Origin: an uncultured Methylomirabilota bacterium
GTDB lineage: Bacteria > Methylomirabilota > Methylomirabilia > Methylomirabilales > 2-02-FULL-66-22
NCBI GenBank assembly: GCA_963845565.1
Contig: CAWJSJ010000001.1
Span: 1-64,000, forward strand
Direction of reading: 5' to 3'
Length of the DNA: 64,000 nt
The notes beneath the pieces are model-generated. The model was given only the letters and a program-made list of their open reading frames with translations. It had not been told where the DNA came from and did not search any database. The position numbers were made by a program, and so were the translations under genes. Shown here one piece after another: positions 29,533 to 40,400 of the stretch. Position 1 is the first letter of the stretch, and the number at the start of each line of letters is the position of its first letter.

Positions 29533-31491
29533 TTACGGCGAGACTGAGAAGCCTATCCCGCCGCTCCAAGGCCCGTAACCGGCAGAGTTCCAGGTGTCGA
29601 CCCACCAGGTGTGTCCCCCCGCACTAAGGGACGTGCTCGGAGTGATGGTGCAGGTGCCTGTTCCCCCGGCGCACCCGACTTGCGCGGCACTGTACCACGT
29701 CTGAATCTTGGTGGTCCCGGCCGCATCACGTACCCAGAGGTAGTAGTAGGTCGCGGTGGCGACCGCGTTCCAGGTGTACGTGGGGGCGGTAGCGGCGGTA
29801 GTCCCGGACGGAGAGATGAGGGTGGCGGCTGGCGGTGTGCTGCCGGTCACCGTGAAGCCCATCCCGCTGCCCCAAGGGCCGTAGCCAGCGGGGCTCCAGG
29901 GCTGGACCCACCACTGCGCCACGCCCGCCGGCACGACGATGGACGGCGTGGCGCTGCAAGTACCCGTGCCTGCGCCACACCCCGCTTGAGCAGCCGTGTA
30001 CCACTGCGTTACCTTCGTATTGCTGGCACCGTCGCGCACCCAGAGGAGATACCAAGTAACGCCGGGGATGGCATTCCAGTTGTAGGTCGGGGTGATGGTG
30101 CTGATGTTCCCGGAGGGGGCAACGAGGGTGGCGGCAGGCGGAGGTGACTGGAACGTGGCCGTCACACTCGTTGCCGCATTGACCGTCACCACACAGGTCC
30201 CCGTCCCGCTACACGATGCACCGCTCCAGCCGGAGAAGGTCGAGCCGGAGGATGCCGTTGCGGTCAAGGTCACGCTCGTGCCCGACGTATAGCTCGCGCT
30301 GCAGGTGCTCCCGCAGTTGATCCCCCCGGTGTTGGAGGTCACCGTGCCGCTTCCGATTCCCGCCTTGGTGACGGTGAGAGCGTAGGTCGGGGTGAAGGTC
30401 GCCGTGACGCTCCGAGTCGTCGTCATACTGACCACACAACTTCCCGTCCCGGTGCACACCCCCCCGCTCCAGCCCGTGAAGGTGGAGCCGGTCGCAGCTG
30501 CCGCGGTCAGGGTGACGGAGGTGTTGTAGTTGTAGTTCTCGGTGCAATCGGTGCTGCAGTTGATCCCGCTTGGATTCGAGGTCACGGTGCCCGCGCCAGC
30601 CCCCGCCTTGGTCACGGTGAGGGCGTACGTGGACAGGGCAAACGTCGCCGTGACGCTGCGCACCGCCGTCATGCTGACGGCGCAGGTCCCGGTGCCCGTG
30701 CAGGCCCCACTCCAGCCGGTGAAGGTGGAGCCGGTGGCGGCGGTCGCGGTCAGCGTGACGCTGGTGCCCGTGGTATAGCTCGCGCTGCAGGTGCTGCCGC
30801 AGTTGATCCCGGCCGGGCTGGAGGTCACGGTGCCGGTGCCGGTCCCGGCCTTGGTCACCGACAGGGCGTAGGTCGTGGGGGCGCTCAGGGCGAAGGTCGC
30901 GGTGGCGCTCTTGTTGGCATCCAGGACCACGGCGCAGCCGCCGGTCCCGGTGCAGGCCCCGCTCCAGCCGGTGAAGGTGGAGCCGGTGGCGGGGGCGGCG
31001 CTCAGCGAGACGGTGGTGCCGGAGGTGAAGGTCGCACTGCAGGTGCTGCCGCAGGTGATGCCGCTCGGGCTGGAGTCCACCGTGCCGGTCCCGGTGCCGC
31101 TCTTGGCCACGGTGAGGGTCCGGACCACAGGGGTCGTGGCCACGCCGCACAGCCTTCCGGGGTGTAGGGGGAGTCGCCGACCGCGTTGTAGGCCCGGACT
31201 CGGTAGCAATACGTGGTCCCGGCTGTCACCGTGGTATCAATATAGGACATGACCGTGGCGCCCGTGCTGGCGACCTGCAGCGAAGGCCCCGGTGGTCCCC
31301 GTCTTCCGCTCCACCTTGAACCCGGTATGATCGTCCGGGGTGGCGTCGCTCCAGCTGACGGTGAGCTGGGCCGCATGGGCGGGGGTACTGCCGAACACAA
31401 GGACGAGACCCAGGGCGATGAGCCCCACGACCGTCAACCAGCCGGATCGTCGAGACCAATCAGTTCCGGGTATCATCTTTTTTACCTGCAT
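29533..31491 (-). CDS. Secreted protein: Fn3 domain, 4 InlB B-repeat-like domains and 2 conserved C-terminal modules (frameshifts near 31280 and 31165)
   Basis: AAGGAGG RBS, ATG at 31491, signal ending TPAHA-A. Fn3 motifs LTVSWSD...GFKVERK / YIDTTVTAGTTYCYRVRAYN. Four LTVTKAG.G.GTVTS.P.GINCG..CSA.Y..GTSVTLTA...GSTF.GWSGAC repeats. Confidence 0.82.
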
Positions 31492-31590
31492 GCGAGATCT
31501 CCTCCTTACGTCGTCCTGTATTTTCTTGACCCGCATGAATGCGGAGTGGATGAACCGCGTTTCCTTGTTTCGAATGACGCACAGGAAGGG

Positions 31591-31608
31591 GGCAAGGGTC
31601 GTGCCCAG
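31591..31608 (-). promoter_or_regulatory. Putative sigma-54 (-24/-12) promoter at the head of the secreted-protein array
   Basis: Minus strand CTGGGCACGACCCTTGCC = GG-CACGACCCTT-GC, about 100 nt upstream of the ATG at 31491. Confidence 0.6.
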
Positions 31609-32052
31609 AGGAGGAAAAATCCTGGCGGCCAGCTTTTCGGTGGGTTACGGCTGCCGTGCGAGATGGTGGTGCTCAGTGGGCAAGATGTTCCCGTCAGATT
31701 GACAGAATTGCCGCTGCCAGATCTGGCGCGGAAAAAATACGGGTAAATAATACCGTCATTGGCCAAGCAGTCTCGATTGGAAACGCGACCGCAACGCGGC
31801 GATTAGGCGACTGGCAATTGGGCGACTGGGAAGATGGGGAACAGGGCGACTGGGTGATCAGGCAATTTGGCAACTGGGGAGGTCTGGAGTTGAAGAGCGA
31901 GAAGAGCCAAGGCGGATGACTGAAAAATCCATTTGACTGGACGGCGGCGCGACGGTATGAAAGTGGCGCTCCGGCGGTGTCCGGAGCCGCCGGATGCCAC
32001 GAGGCGATGCGCCGGCGGGTGACGGGGCCGTTCACGCCACGAGGTTTGTGCC

Positions 32053-32733
32053 GTGAAGCCGAAGCGAGTCCTGATCATCGACGACGACGCCTCCCTGCTC
32101 GACGCGCTGACCACCGCGTTGTGCCCGCCCTACCGTATTCTCGCCGCTCACGATTCGGCGGCCGCTTTCTCGCTGCTCAGAAACGACACCGTTGATCTGA
32201 TCATCCTCGATCTGCATCTCGGCGCCGAGGACGGCCTGGATCTGCTTCCGCGGCTGCGTGCATTCACGTCTGCGCCGGTCCTGCTACTCACCGGGTTCGG
32301 CACGCGTGAGAATCTCCTTCGCGTGATCCAGGCCAAGCCGGATGATTTCCTGGAAAAGCCGGTCGGGGTGGGGGCGCTGCGCGCACGGGTCAGCGCGCTA
32401 CTCGGCGAGGTGTTCCCGGCGAACGATCCGATCGAGCGAGTGCGGGTGCGGATCGCCACCGAATACAAACGTCCGCTGACCTTGCGGGCGCTCGCGCGTC
32501 TTTCCGGGATGAGTCAGGCGGGTTTCCGCCGCGCGTTCGTGGAGCGTTGCGGGGTGACGCCGGCAACCTATCTGAAGCAGTGCCGCATGCGGCAGGCCGC
32601 GGTGCTGCTGGCAGACCCCGCGCAGCTCGTCAAGGAAGTCGCCGCGCACGTCGGTTATCCCGACCCCAACAATTTCTCCACCGCGTTCAAACGCTTTCAC
32701 GGCGCCCCACCCAGGGCGTTTCGTAGGCGATAG
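32053..32733 (+). CDS. Response regulator, REC domain plus AraC-type HTH
   Basis: RVLIIDDD, DLIILDLHL, LLLTGFG, DDFLEKP; AraC C-terminus LARLSGMS...FRRAF...VKEVAAHVGYPDPNNFSTAFKRFHG. Confidence 0.9.
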   Translation: MKPKRVLIIDDDASLLDALTTALCPPYRILAAHDSAAAFSLLRNDTVDLIILDLHLGAEDGLDLLPRLRAFTSAPVLLLTGFGTRENLLRVIQAKPDDFLEKPVGVGALRARVSALLGEVFPANDPIERVRVRIATEYKRPLTLRALARLSGMSQAGFRRAFVERCGVTPATYLKQCRMRQAAVLLADPAQLVKEVAAHVGYPDPNNFSTAFKRFHGAPPRAFRRR

Positions 32734-32759
32734 GGCGGAGAGAAGGACAGTCGACTCGT

Positions 32760-32952
32760 CAACTGGGCAATTGGTCGATTCGTCAACTGGGCACGTGAGC
32801 GATTCGGGAAAACGAGCCTTTTGAGTCGACCCAGTTCGCTGAATCGGGAATCGGGGGACCCAACAGACTCAACAGACTCAATAGACGCGGCTGACAGCAG
32901 GCAGGGGACGGGAGGCGCGAGTCATCGCACTCCTAAGACTCCATGGACTCAA
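32760..32952 (+). repeat. Left copy of an imperfect bipartite direct repeat flanking the TA module
   Basis: CAACTGGGCAATTGGTCGATTCGTCAACTGGGCA (32760-32793) and CAGCAGGCAGGGGACGGGAGGCGCGAGTC...CTCCATGGACTCAA (32895-32952). Confidence 0.75.
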
Positions 32953-33011
32953 GCAGGGGCTCAAGGGGCTCAATCGGCGTAGCGGGCAAAGGGTGGAAGG
33001 AATGGGAGAGG

Positions 33012-33431
33012 TCAGTTGCTGCGCCAGTTCAGGATTTGTAGTCCGGCGATCCGCTGGAAGTGGCCAACGTTTCCGGTGATCAGAGTGAAATCATGTACGA
33101 CGGCTGAAGCGGCGATAAGGATATCTGCGTCACTGACCAGTTCTCCATGCTTGTAAAGGCCGGCGTAGATGTCGGTCGCCTTCACGATTACTTGATCGGT
33201 CAAAGGGAGGACGACGCTTCTAGCGCACTGGCGTTCGAAAAGTGCGACTTGCCGCGTCGCCTCTCTGGCTTTCAAGCCGCGTAGGATTTCGTAGCGGGTG
33301 ATGATGGAAAACGTGAAGCGCCCGTGTTCGGCAAGATAGCGTTTCGCCATGTCGAGAACGTGCGGGTCCCGAGCGCGCATCACCTCCGAGAGCATGTCGG
33401 TGTCCAGAAGGGCAGGGGACGTAGTGGTCAT
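33012..33431 (-). CDS. vapC: PIN-domain toxin (VapC family)
   Basis: LLDTDMLSE, SIITRYEILRG, DADILIAASAVVHDFTLITGNVGHFQRIAGL. Confidence 0.92.
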   Translation of the reverse strand: MTTTSPALLDTDMLSEVMRARDPHVLDMAKRYLAEHGRFTFSIITRYEILRGLKAREATRQVALFERQCARSVVLPLTDQVIVKATDIYAGLYKHGELVSDADILIAASAVVHDFTLITGNVGHFQRIAGLQILNWRSN

Positions 33432-33661
33432 GCTGCAGGTCGCATGAAGGCTGTGCGGTCAAGCGCGATTCGTTCGATCGCGCCAAGTTCGTTTTCTGCC
33501 AAACCTTCATATACCCTGTGCCAGGCGGCAAGGCCGTCGAAATCTGCCTCGTCGTCAAGCGCCTGGATGCTGATCGTGACGCGTTGGCGGTTCGGCAGGT
33601 CGAGTGGTTCCAGGGGGGTCAGGACCCCATTTTCGTACATGGCCTCTACGACTCGTTCCAT
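33428..33661 (-). CDS. Antitoxin, DUF104/AF2212-like family
   Basis: VEAMYENGVLTPLEPLDLPNRQRVTISI; ATGA overlap with the PIN gene. Confidence 0.88.
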   Translation of the reverse strand: MERVVEAMYENGVLTPLEPLDLPNRQRVTISIQALDDEADFDGLAAWHRVYEGLAENELGAIERIALDRTAFMRPAA

Positions 33662-33791
33662 CGATCATCTCCTTCTGCTCCGGTCGGCTCTGGTCGTTCT
33701 GGCCGCTTCCCGACCCCAGAGATAGAGTAGCATAGTTCTGGAGATGGGGGAAGGCAGAGGGACAACAGGCAGCGGGCAGCGGGCGAACAGC

Positions 33792-33940
33792 CAACTGGTC
33801 AATTGGTCGATTCGTCAACTGGGCAAGCGGGCGACCCAGGATAGGAAGACGGACGAGTAGCTGGCAGCAGGCAGGGGACCGGAGGCGCGAGTCGTCGAAC
33901 TCCGGGCTCCATGGACTCAACCGACTCCATGGACTCAACA
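33792..33940 (+). repeat. Right copy of the direct repeat flanking the TA module
   Basis: CAACTGGTCAATTGGTCGATTCGTCAACTGGGCA (33792-33825) and CAGCAGGCAGGGGACCGGAGGCGCGAGTC...CTCCATGGACTCAA (33865-33920). Confidence 0.75.
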
Positions 33941-34418
33941 GACCGGAGGAGCTCAGATATTTCTACAGCGATCCCGTGCAACTGCCCTTGATTGAAGGCC
34001 GCGTTACATTCTCAAAGAAGATCTGCAGAAATTCAAAGATCATTGCCGTTGACTGACAAAATCCGCTCAGGGTATCGACCAGGGGAGATGCGTCCGCTGT
34101 GCGGTGCAAGGCCGCCCGGAGGGTCAGCATGACCGGCGCTCCTCGCCCCTCCTCGATACTTCGCTGCACCCTGCCTCTCGTTGACCGCCGATTTTTCCGC
34201 GCGACTGAAATCTCCTACCGGGACCTTACGTCGCAAGGGAAACCGTTGATCGGGTTCGCCGTGCAGGCTCGCATGTGCGTCCGTGCCGGCACTGGCGACC
34301 TTCGTTGGGCTGGCTCGACCGTCGCAGATCATCGGGACTCCGCGGGAGGGGAGAGAACGCCCCTGGCCTGGTTGGGCCGCGCGCCGAAGCGCCATGACGT
34401 GGTGAGGGGAGGGGTTCC

Positions 34419-37400
34419 ATGCGCATACCTCTAAAAGACTACCTTGGCGTGTGGACGATTGTGCTGGCAGGATTACTTCTTTTCCTGCCGATCACCGACT
34501 CTCTTGCGGCGTTTCAACCCGTCCGCCCCATTCTGGAGTGCGTGACCCAGGAGGGCCCGAGCCAATACACGGCGGTGTACGGCTACAAGAACGAGAACGC
34601 GGTCCCGTTCATCATTCCGATGGGATCCCGCAACAAGTTCACACCCTTGCCGCAAGACCGCGGGCAACCGACGGTCTTTTGGCCTGGGCGAACGCCGCCT
34701 GATCGCGGCGTCTTCCAGGTGCCCTTCGACGGCGGCGACCTGGTCTGGACGCTGAAGGGGCCCGACGGGAGCACCCGGACCGCGACGGCGTCAAGTAGTT
34801 CGAGGCGGTGTCCGGGACCGACGCTCACGGGACTCGACCCTGTCAGCGTGTTCCTCACGCAGGGGGGCCGCGGGGCGCTCACGGCCACGATCGGCGCAGC
34901 CCAGCCCGGCACCACCACCATCACGCTCCGGAGTAGCGACCCCGCCATCGCGTCGGTTCCGGCGTCCGTCTCTATTCCGGCCGGTCAAGAGGTCGTCACG
35001 GTTCCCGTCGCCGCGGGCAATCTCGGCATTGCGGTCGTCACCGCGTTTCTCAACGGAAGTAGCCGCCACAGCGCCATCATCGTCCTTCCGGGCGGTCCCA
35101 CGCTTTCGAGCCTGGTCCCGGCGACCATCCAGATCGCCCAGGGGGCGACGGGGATGTTGACCGCGACCATCAGTGCCGCACAGGGGAGCGACACCGTCGT
35201 GCCTCTGAGCAGTACTGACGCCGGCATCGTCAACGTCCCCGCGACGGTCACCGTCCCGGCGGGCGCTGTCACCGTCCCTGTCCCCGTCGCCGCTGTCGCC
35301 CCCGGCAGTGCCACCGTCACCGCCGGCCCCCTGAACAGGACGCTCGCCCAGAGCCAGGTGATCGTGATCGCGCCCGCCGCCACGGTGGTCGGTCTTGCAC
35401 CTGCGGTCCTCCGACTGTCGGAGGGAAGCGCGGGGACTCTTACCGTCACTCTGAATGCCAGCCAACCGGCTGACACCGAGGTCGCCTTGGTCACGAGTGA
35501 CCCGACGATCGTCGGCCTTCCCGGGGATCGGGTCATCGTTCCAGCCCATTCGGCATCCGCGTCCTTCACCGTGATCAGCCTCTCCCGAGGGACCGCGACG
35601 GTCACGGCCAGCGCGAACGGCACCAGCGCCACCTCGGCCGTGACGGTCCAACCGCCGCCGCCCACGGTGAGCGCCCTCACCTGTCCCGCCACGCTCACCG
35701 CTAGCGTGACGAGCCAATGTGCGGTGACACTCAACGCCACGCAACTTGACGAGACGGTCGTGCCTCTCGCGAGTAGCGATCCCGGGATCGTGTCCATCCC
35801 CAACAGCGTCACGATCCCAGCGGGCGCTGTCGCTGTCGCTGTCCCGGTCGTCGCCGACTCCCCCGGCACGGCGACGATCACCGCTGGCCCGCTGAACGAG
35901 ACGAGCAGGCAGGCGACCGTTCAGGTGCTCCCGCCGCCCCCGACCCTCGTGGGGCTGACGCCGAGCCCTGCGATGCTCCTCGTCGGGGCCTCGACCACTG
36001 TCACGCTCACTTTGAATGCGGCCCAGCCGACGGACACCGCCGTTGCCCTCGCAGGGAGTCCGGCCGGAATCGTGAACGTCCCCGTCTCGATCACCGTTCC
36101 CGCCGGTCAGATCGCTGTCCCTGTCCCTGTCACGGCTCTTACTCCCGGCAGCGCCGTCCTCACCGCCGGCCCGCTCAATGGGAGCACCGTGGCGGCAACC
36201 GTCACGGTCAACCAGCTCCCGCCTGCGGTGACCGCCCTGACGCCATCGGAGGTTGCTCTCTCCAAAGGGACGGCGGACTCCTTGACCGTGACCATCGCCC
36301 CGGTCCAGGTCGAGCCGACCACCGTCCCGCTGACGAGTAATGACCCGGCAACCGTCGAGGTTCCTGCCAGCGTCCCCGTCCCCGCCGGGTCGGCCACCGC
36401 CGCCTTCCCGGTGATCGGGCGGAACGTTGGAACCGCCACCGTCACCGCTGGTCCCCTCGGCGGGACGACGGCCGCGACCACCGTCACCGTGACCCCACCG
36501 GCCCTCGTGGCCCTCACGATCGCGCCCACGGCCGTCACCCTGGCCGTTGGACAGGCGCAACCCTTCGTCGCCACGGGAAACTACACCGACGGGACGACGC
36601 AGGACCTCACCAGCGCGGCCGCCTGGACCAGCGGCGACGACGCCATTGCCACCGTCACCACCCCCGGGGGCGTCGTCACCGCCCGCGCCGTGGGCCAAGC
36701 CATCATCACGGCGACCGCCGAGGGGAAGACCGCGACCGCCACGGTCACCGTGACCCCGCCCACCCTCACGGTCCTCGCGCTGACCCCGACGCAGCCGACC
36801 CGCGGCGTCGGGCAACTGGTCCAGTTCCAGGTCACCGGCACCTACACGGATGGAACCACCCAGAACCTCACCGGGACCGTCACCTGGACGAGTAGCAACA
36901 CCGTGGTCGCGTCCATCACGTCGCCCGGCGGCCTCGCCACGGCCCTGGCAGTGGGGCAGAGCGACCATCACCGCGACGCACGCGGCGGGGATGAGCGCGA
37001 GCACGACGCTCTTCGTGACGGCGCCAGTTGTGGTCAGCCTCACCATCAGTCCCCAGAACCCGACCAAGACCATCGGCCGGACCCTTCAGTTTACAGCGAC
37101 CGGGACGTACAGCGACGGAACAACCCAGACCCTCACGGCCGCCGTCACGTGGACGAGTAATAGTCCAGCCGTCGCCATCATCGCCTCCTCTGGGGGGCTT
37201 GCGACTGCCGTCGCGGAGGGCCAGACGACCATCACGGCGACCTACGCCGTGGGCCTCGCGGCGAGCACCACGCTCACCGCCACGATCCTGCCGCCAGACC
37301 CGATGAGTGTCGCTCCGCCCGTGAGCCAGAGCGCAGCCACCGCACTGGCGCCCGCCACGGAGTTTCTGTACATGGGTCCCGATCCCGTCCAGACCGACGT

Positions 37401-40400
37401 GGTCCCCGGGGCGATCGAGGCCGGGCGGGCGGCTGTCCTGCGGGGGCGGGTGCTGACGCGCGACGGGAATCCGCTCTCGGGCGTCAACCTCAGCGTTCTC
37501 AACCACCCCGAGTACGGGACGACCCTCAGTCGGACCGACGGCATGTTCGACCTCGCGGTCAACGGGGGTAGCCAACTGACTCTACGGTACCAGAAGGCCG
37601 GGTACCTCCCGGCTCAGCGGCCCATCACGGTTGCGTGGCAGAACTACGCCTGGCTGCCGGATGTCGCCCTGATCCCCTACGATACGCGAGTGACCACCGT
37701 CGATCTCGGTGCGCCCACGCCCATCCAGGTGGCCCGCGGGAATCCGGTCACCGACAACGACGGCACCCGTCAAGCCACCCTCTTCTTCCCGCAGGGCACG
37801 ACAGCGACAATCCAGCTCTCCGATGGCTCGACGCAGCCGCTCACGACCCTCAGCGTGCGCGCCACGGAGTACACGGTGGGCCCGAACGGGCCCAAGGCCA
37901 TGCCCGGGCCGCTCCCAGCGACGACCGCCTATACCTATTGTGCGGCGCTTACCCTCGACGAGGCGCTGAGTGCGGGGGCGAGACGGGTCCAGTTCAGTCA
38001 ACCAGTCATCACCTACGTCGAGAATTTCGTCGGCTTCCCCATCGGCGGCATCGTGCCCTTGGGATACTACGATCGCGCCGCGGCGGCCTGGGTGCCGTCG
38101 GACAACGGCCGGGTCGTCAAGATCCTCTCGGTGACCAGCGGCCTCGCGGACCTTGACATCAGCGGGGGCGGGACGCCAGCCAGCGCCGAGCGCTCTCGCG
38201 GCGCTCGGGATCACCAGCGCCGAACGGGGACAGCTCGCTCTCCTGTACACCCCCGGGCAGAGCCTCTGGCGCCTGCCGATCCCCCACTTCAGCGACTGGG
38301 ACGCCAACTGGGGCTGGGGCCCACCACTCGGGGCGACGTTCTGGGACGGCGACGTGTCGCTGGCGGATGCGTGCCCGCCGTGCGTCCGGTCGGAGGCCGG
38401 CTCCATCATCCGCCCGCAGACTCAGACGCTCGAGGAAACGGTCGACCTGGCGGGGACGCCCTTTCAGCTCCACTACGCGAGCGACCGCCTCGCGGGCCGG
38501 ACGACGGCGCGCACCCTCGAGATCCCTGTGACCAAGGCGACCCTCCCGGCCGGCTTGAAACGCGTGGAGATGGAGTTCCTCGTGGCCGGCCAACGACAGG
38601 CCGCCACCGTGCCCGCGCAACCGAACCAGACCTATCCCTTCGCCTGGGACGGCCACGATGGCTACGGCCGGGCCCTGTACGGCGCGCATGCGGCTGTCAT
38701 CCGGGTCGGGTACGTGTATGACGGCGCGTATCAGCAACCGGCACAGCTCTACAAAGCCTTCGGGTACAGCGGGAACGGACAAATCGCGGCCCTGCGCACC
38801 CGCCAGGAGGTCACGCTGTGGCAGGAGGCGCGGACGACGGTCAGCACCGGTGGGGACACTCGCGCAGACGGCCTGGGCGGCTGGACGCTCGATGTCCACC
38901 ATAGCTACGATCCGGGCGCCCAGGTGCTCCGCCTCGGCGACGGGACGCAACGGCGCGCGAGCGACGTGGGCACGGTCATCAGCACGATGACCACGGGCGC
39001 CTGGTGGGCCGCCACATTCGATGGGCAGGGGAACCTGTTCTACGCGTCGGGTCACCAGATCAAAAAGCGCACGCCGGCGGGGGTCGTGACGGTCGTGGCC
39101 GGCACGGTGACCGCGGGATTCAGCGGCGACGGCGGGCCCGCTATCAATGCCCAGCTCAACAGCCCGTACGGGATGAGTATTGATGCGCAGGGGACGCTCT
39201 TCTTCGCGGACTACTACAACCATCGCATCCGCAAGGTCACCCCGGACGGGATCATTGCCACGGTGGCGGGGGATGGGAGTTGCTGCGGCCCGGGCGAGGG
39301 CGGGGGCAACTTCACCGGCGACGGCGGTCCGGCGACCGCGGCAGGCCTCGAGCTTCCCTGGGGCGTGACGGTCGACGGCCAGGGGAACCTCTTCATCGCG
39401 GATACGGGAAACAGCCGGATCCGAAAGGTGACGCCCGACGGGACCATTCAGACGATTGCCGGCGGGGGCAGTCCCTATCTTCTGTACTGCGGCGATGGCG
39501 GCCCGGCGACGGCCGCCTGCCTCCGCTGGCCGGCCAAGGTGGCCATTGACCAGCACGGCAACCTCTTTATCCCGGACCACGTGAACAACCGCATCCGCAA
39601 GGTCACCCCGGAAGGGATCATCAGCACCGTGGCCGGAACTGGCCCATCCGGTGCGGGCGGGGGTGGGTACGCGGGCGACGGCGGGCCAGCCACCGCTGCT
39701 CAGATCAATGGCCCGCTTGCCGTCGCGGTGGACGCCCAAGGAAACCTGTTTATCCCGGACCATTACAACCACCGCGTCCGTCTGGTGAACCCCCAGGGGG
39801 TCATCACGACGATCGCGGGCACCGGCACGGCCGGCTTCAGCGGCGACGGCGGCCCAGCCACGAGCGCCCAGATCAACGCACCCCGGGCGGCCCTCCTGGA
39901 TCCTCAGGGGACCCTCCACATCGCCGACGCGGCGAATGGCCGCATCCGGAAGATCGCGCCCGCCTTGCCGGGCGTCACCACCCAGGACATCACGATTCCG
40001 AGTGCGGACGGCGCGGAACTGTACGTGTTCTCCTCTGGGGGCCGCCATCTCCGCACGCATCACGCTCTCACGGGCGCCGTGCGGTACACCTTCGGCTACG
40101 ATCCGGACAGCCGCCTCGCCACCGTCACGGACGGGGACAACAACGTGACCGCGATCGAGCGAGACAGCGCCGGGCGGCCGACGGCGATCGTGGCTCCGGA
40201 TGGCCAGCGGACCATGCTTACGGTCGACGCCAACGGCTACCTCGCCACCGTCGCCAACCCCGCCGGGGAGGCGCACCGGTTTGCCTCCACCAGCGACGGC
40301 CTCCTCCAGACGATGACCACGCCGCGGAATCAGACGTACCGATTCACCTTCGACGCGCTCGGGCGCTTGACCCGAGACGAAGATCCGGCCGGCGGCGTCA

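Noticed and set aside
1559..31491. Repeats interpreted as a CRISPR array or a diversity-generating retroelement
   Set aside because: The repeats are ~290-nt protein-coding modules with no repeat-spacer pattern. No cas or reverse transcriptase gene is present, and I saw no adenine-specific variation.
1559..31491. C-terminal module as a PEP-CTERM, LPXTG, autotransporter or T9SS signal
   Set aside because: It has no terminal transmembrane helix, basic tail, PEP or LPXTG motif, or beta-barrel, and it occurs as 2-3 tandem Trp/Cys-rich copies, unlike a single T9SS CTD.
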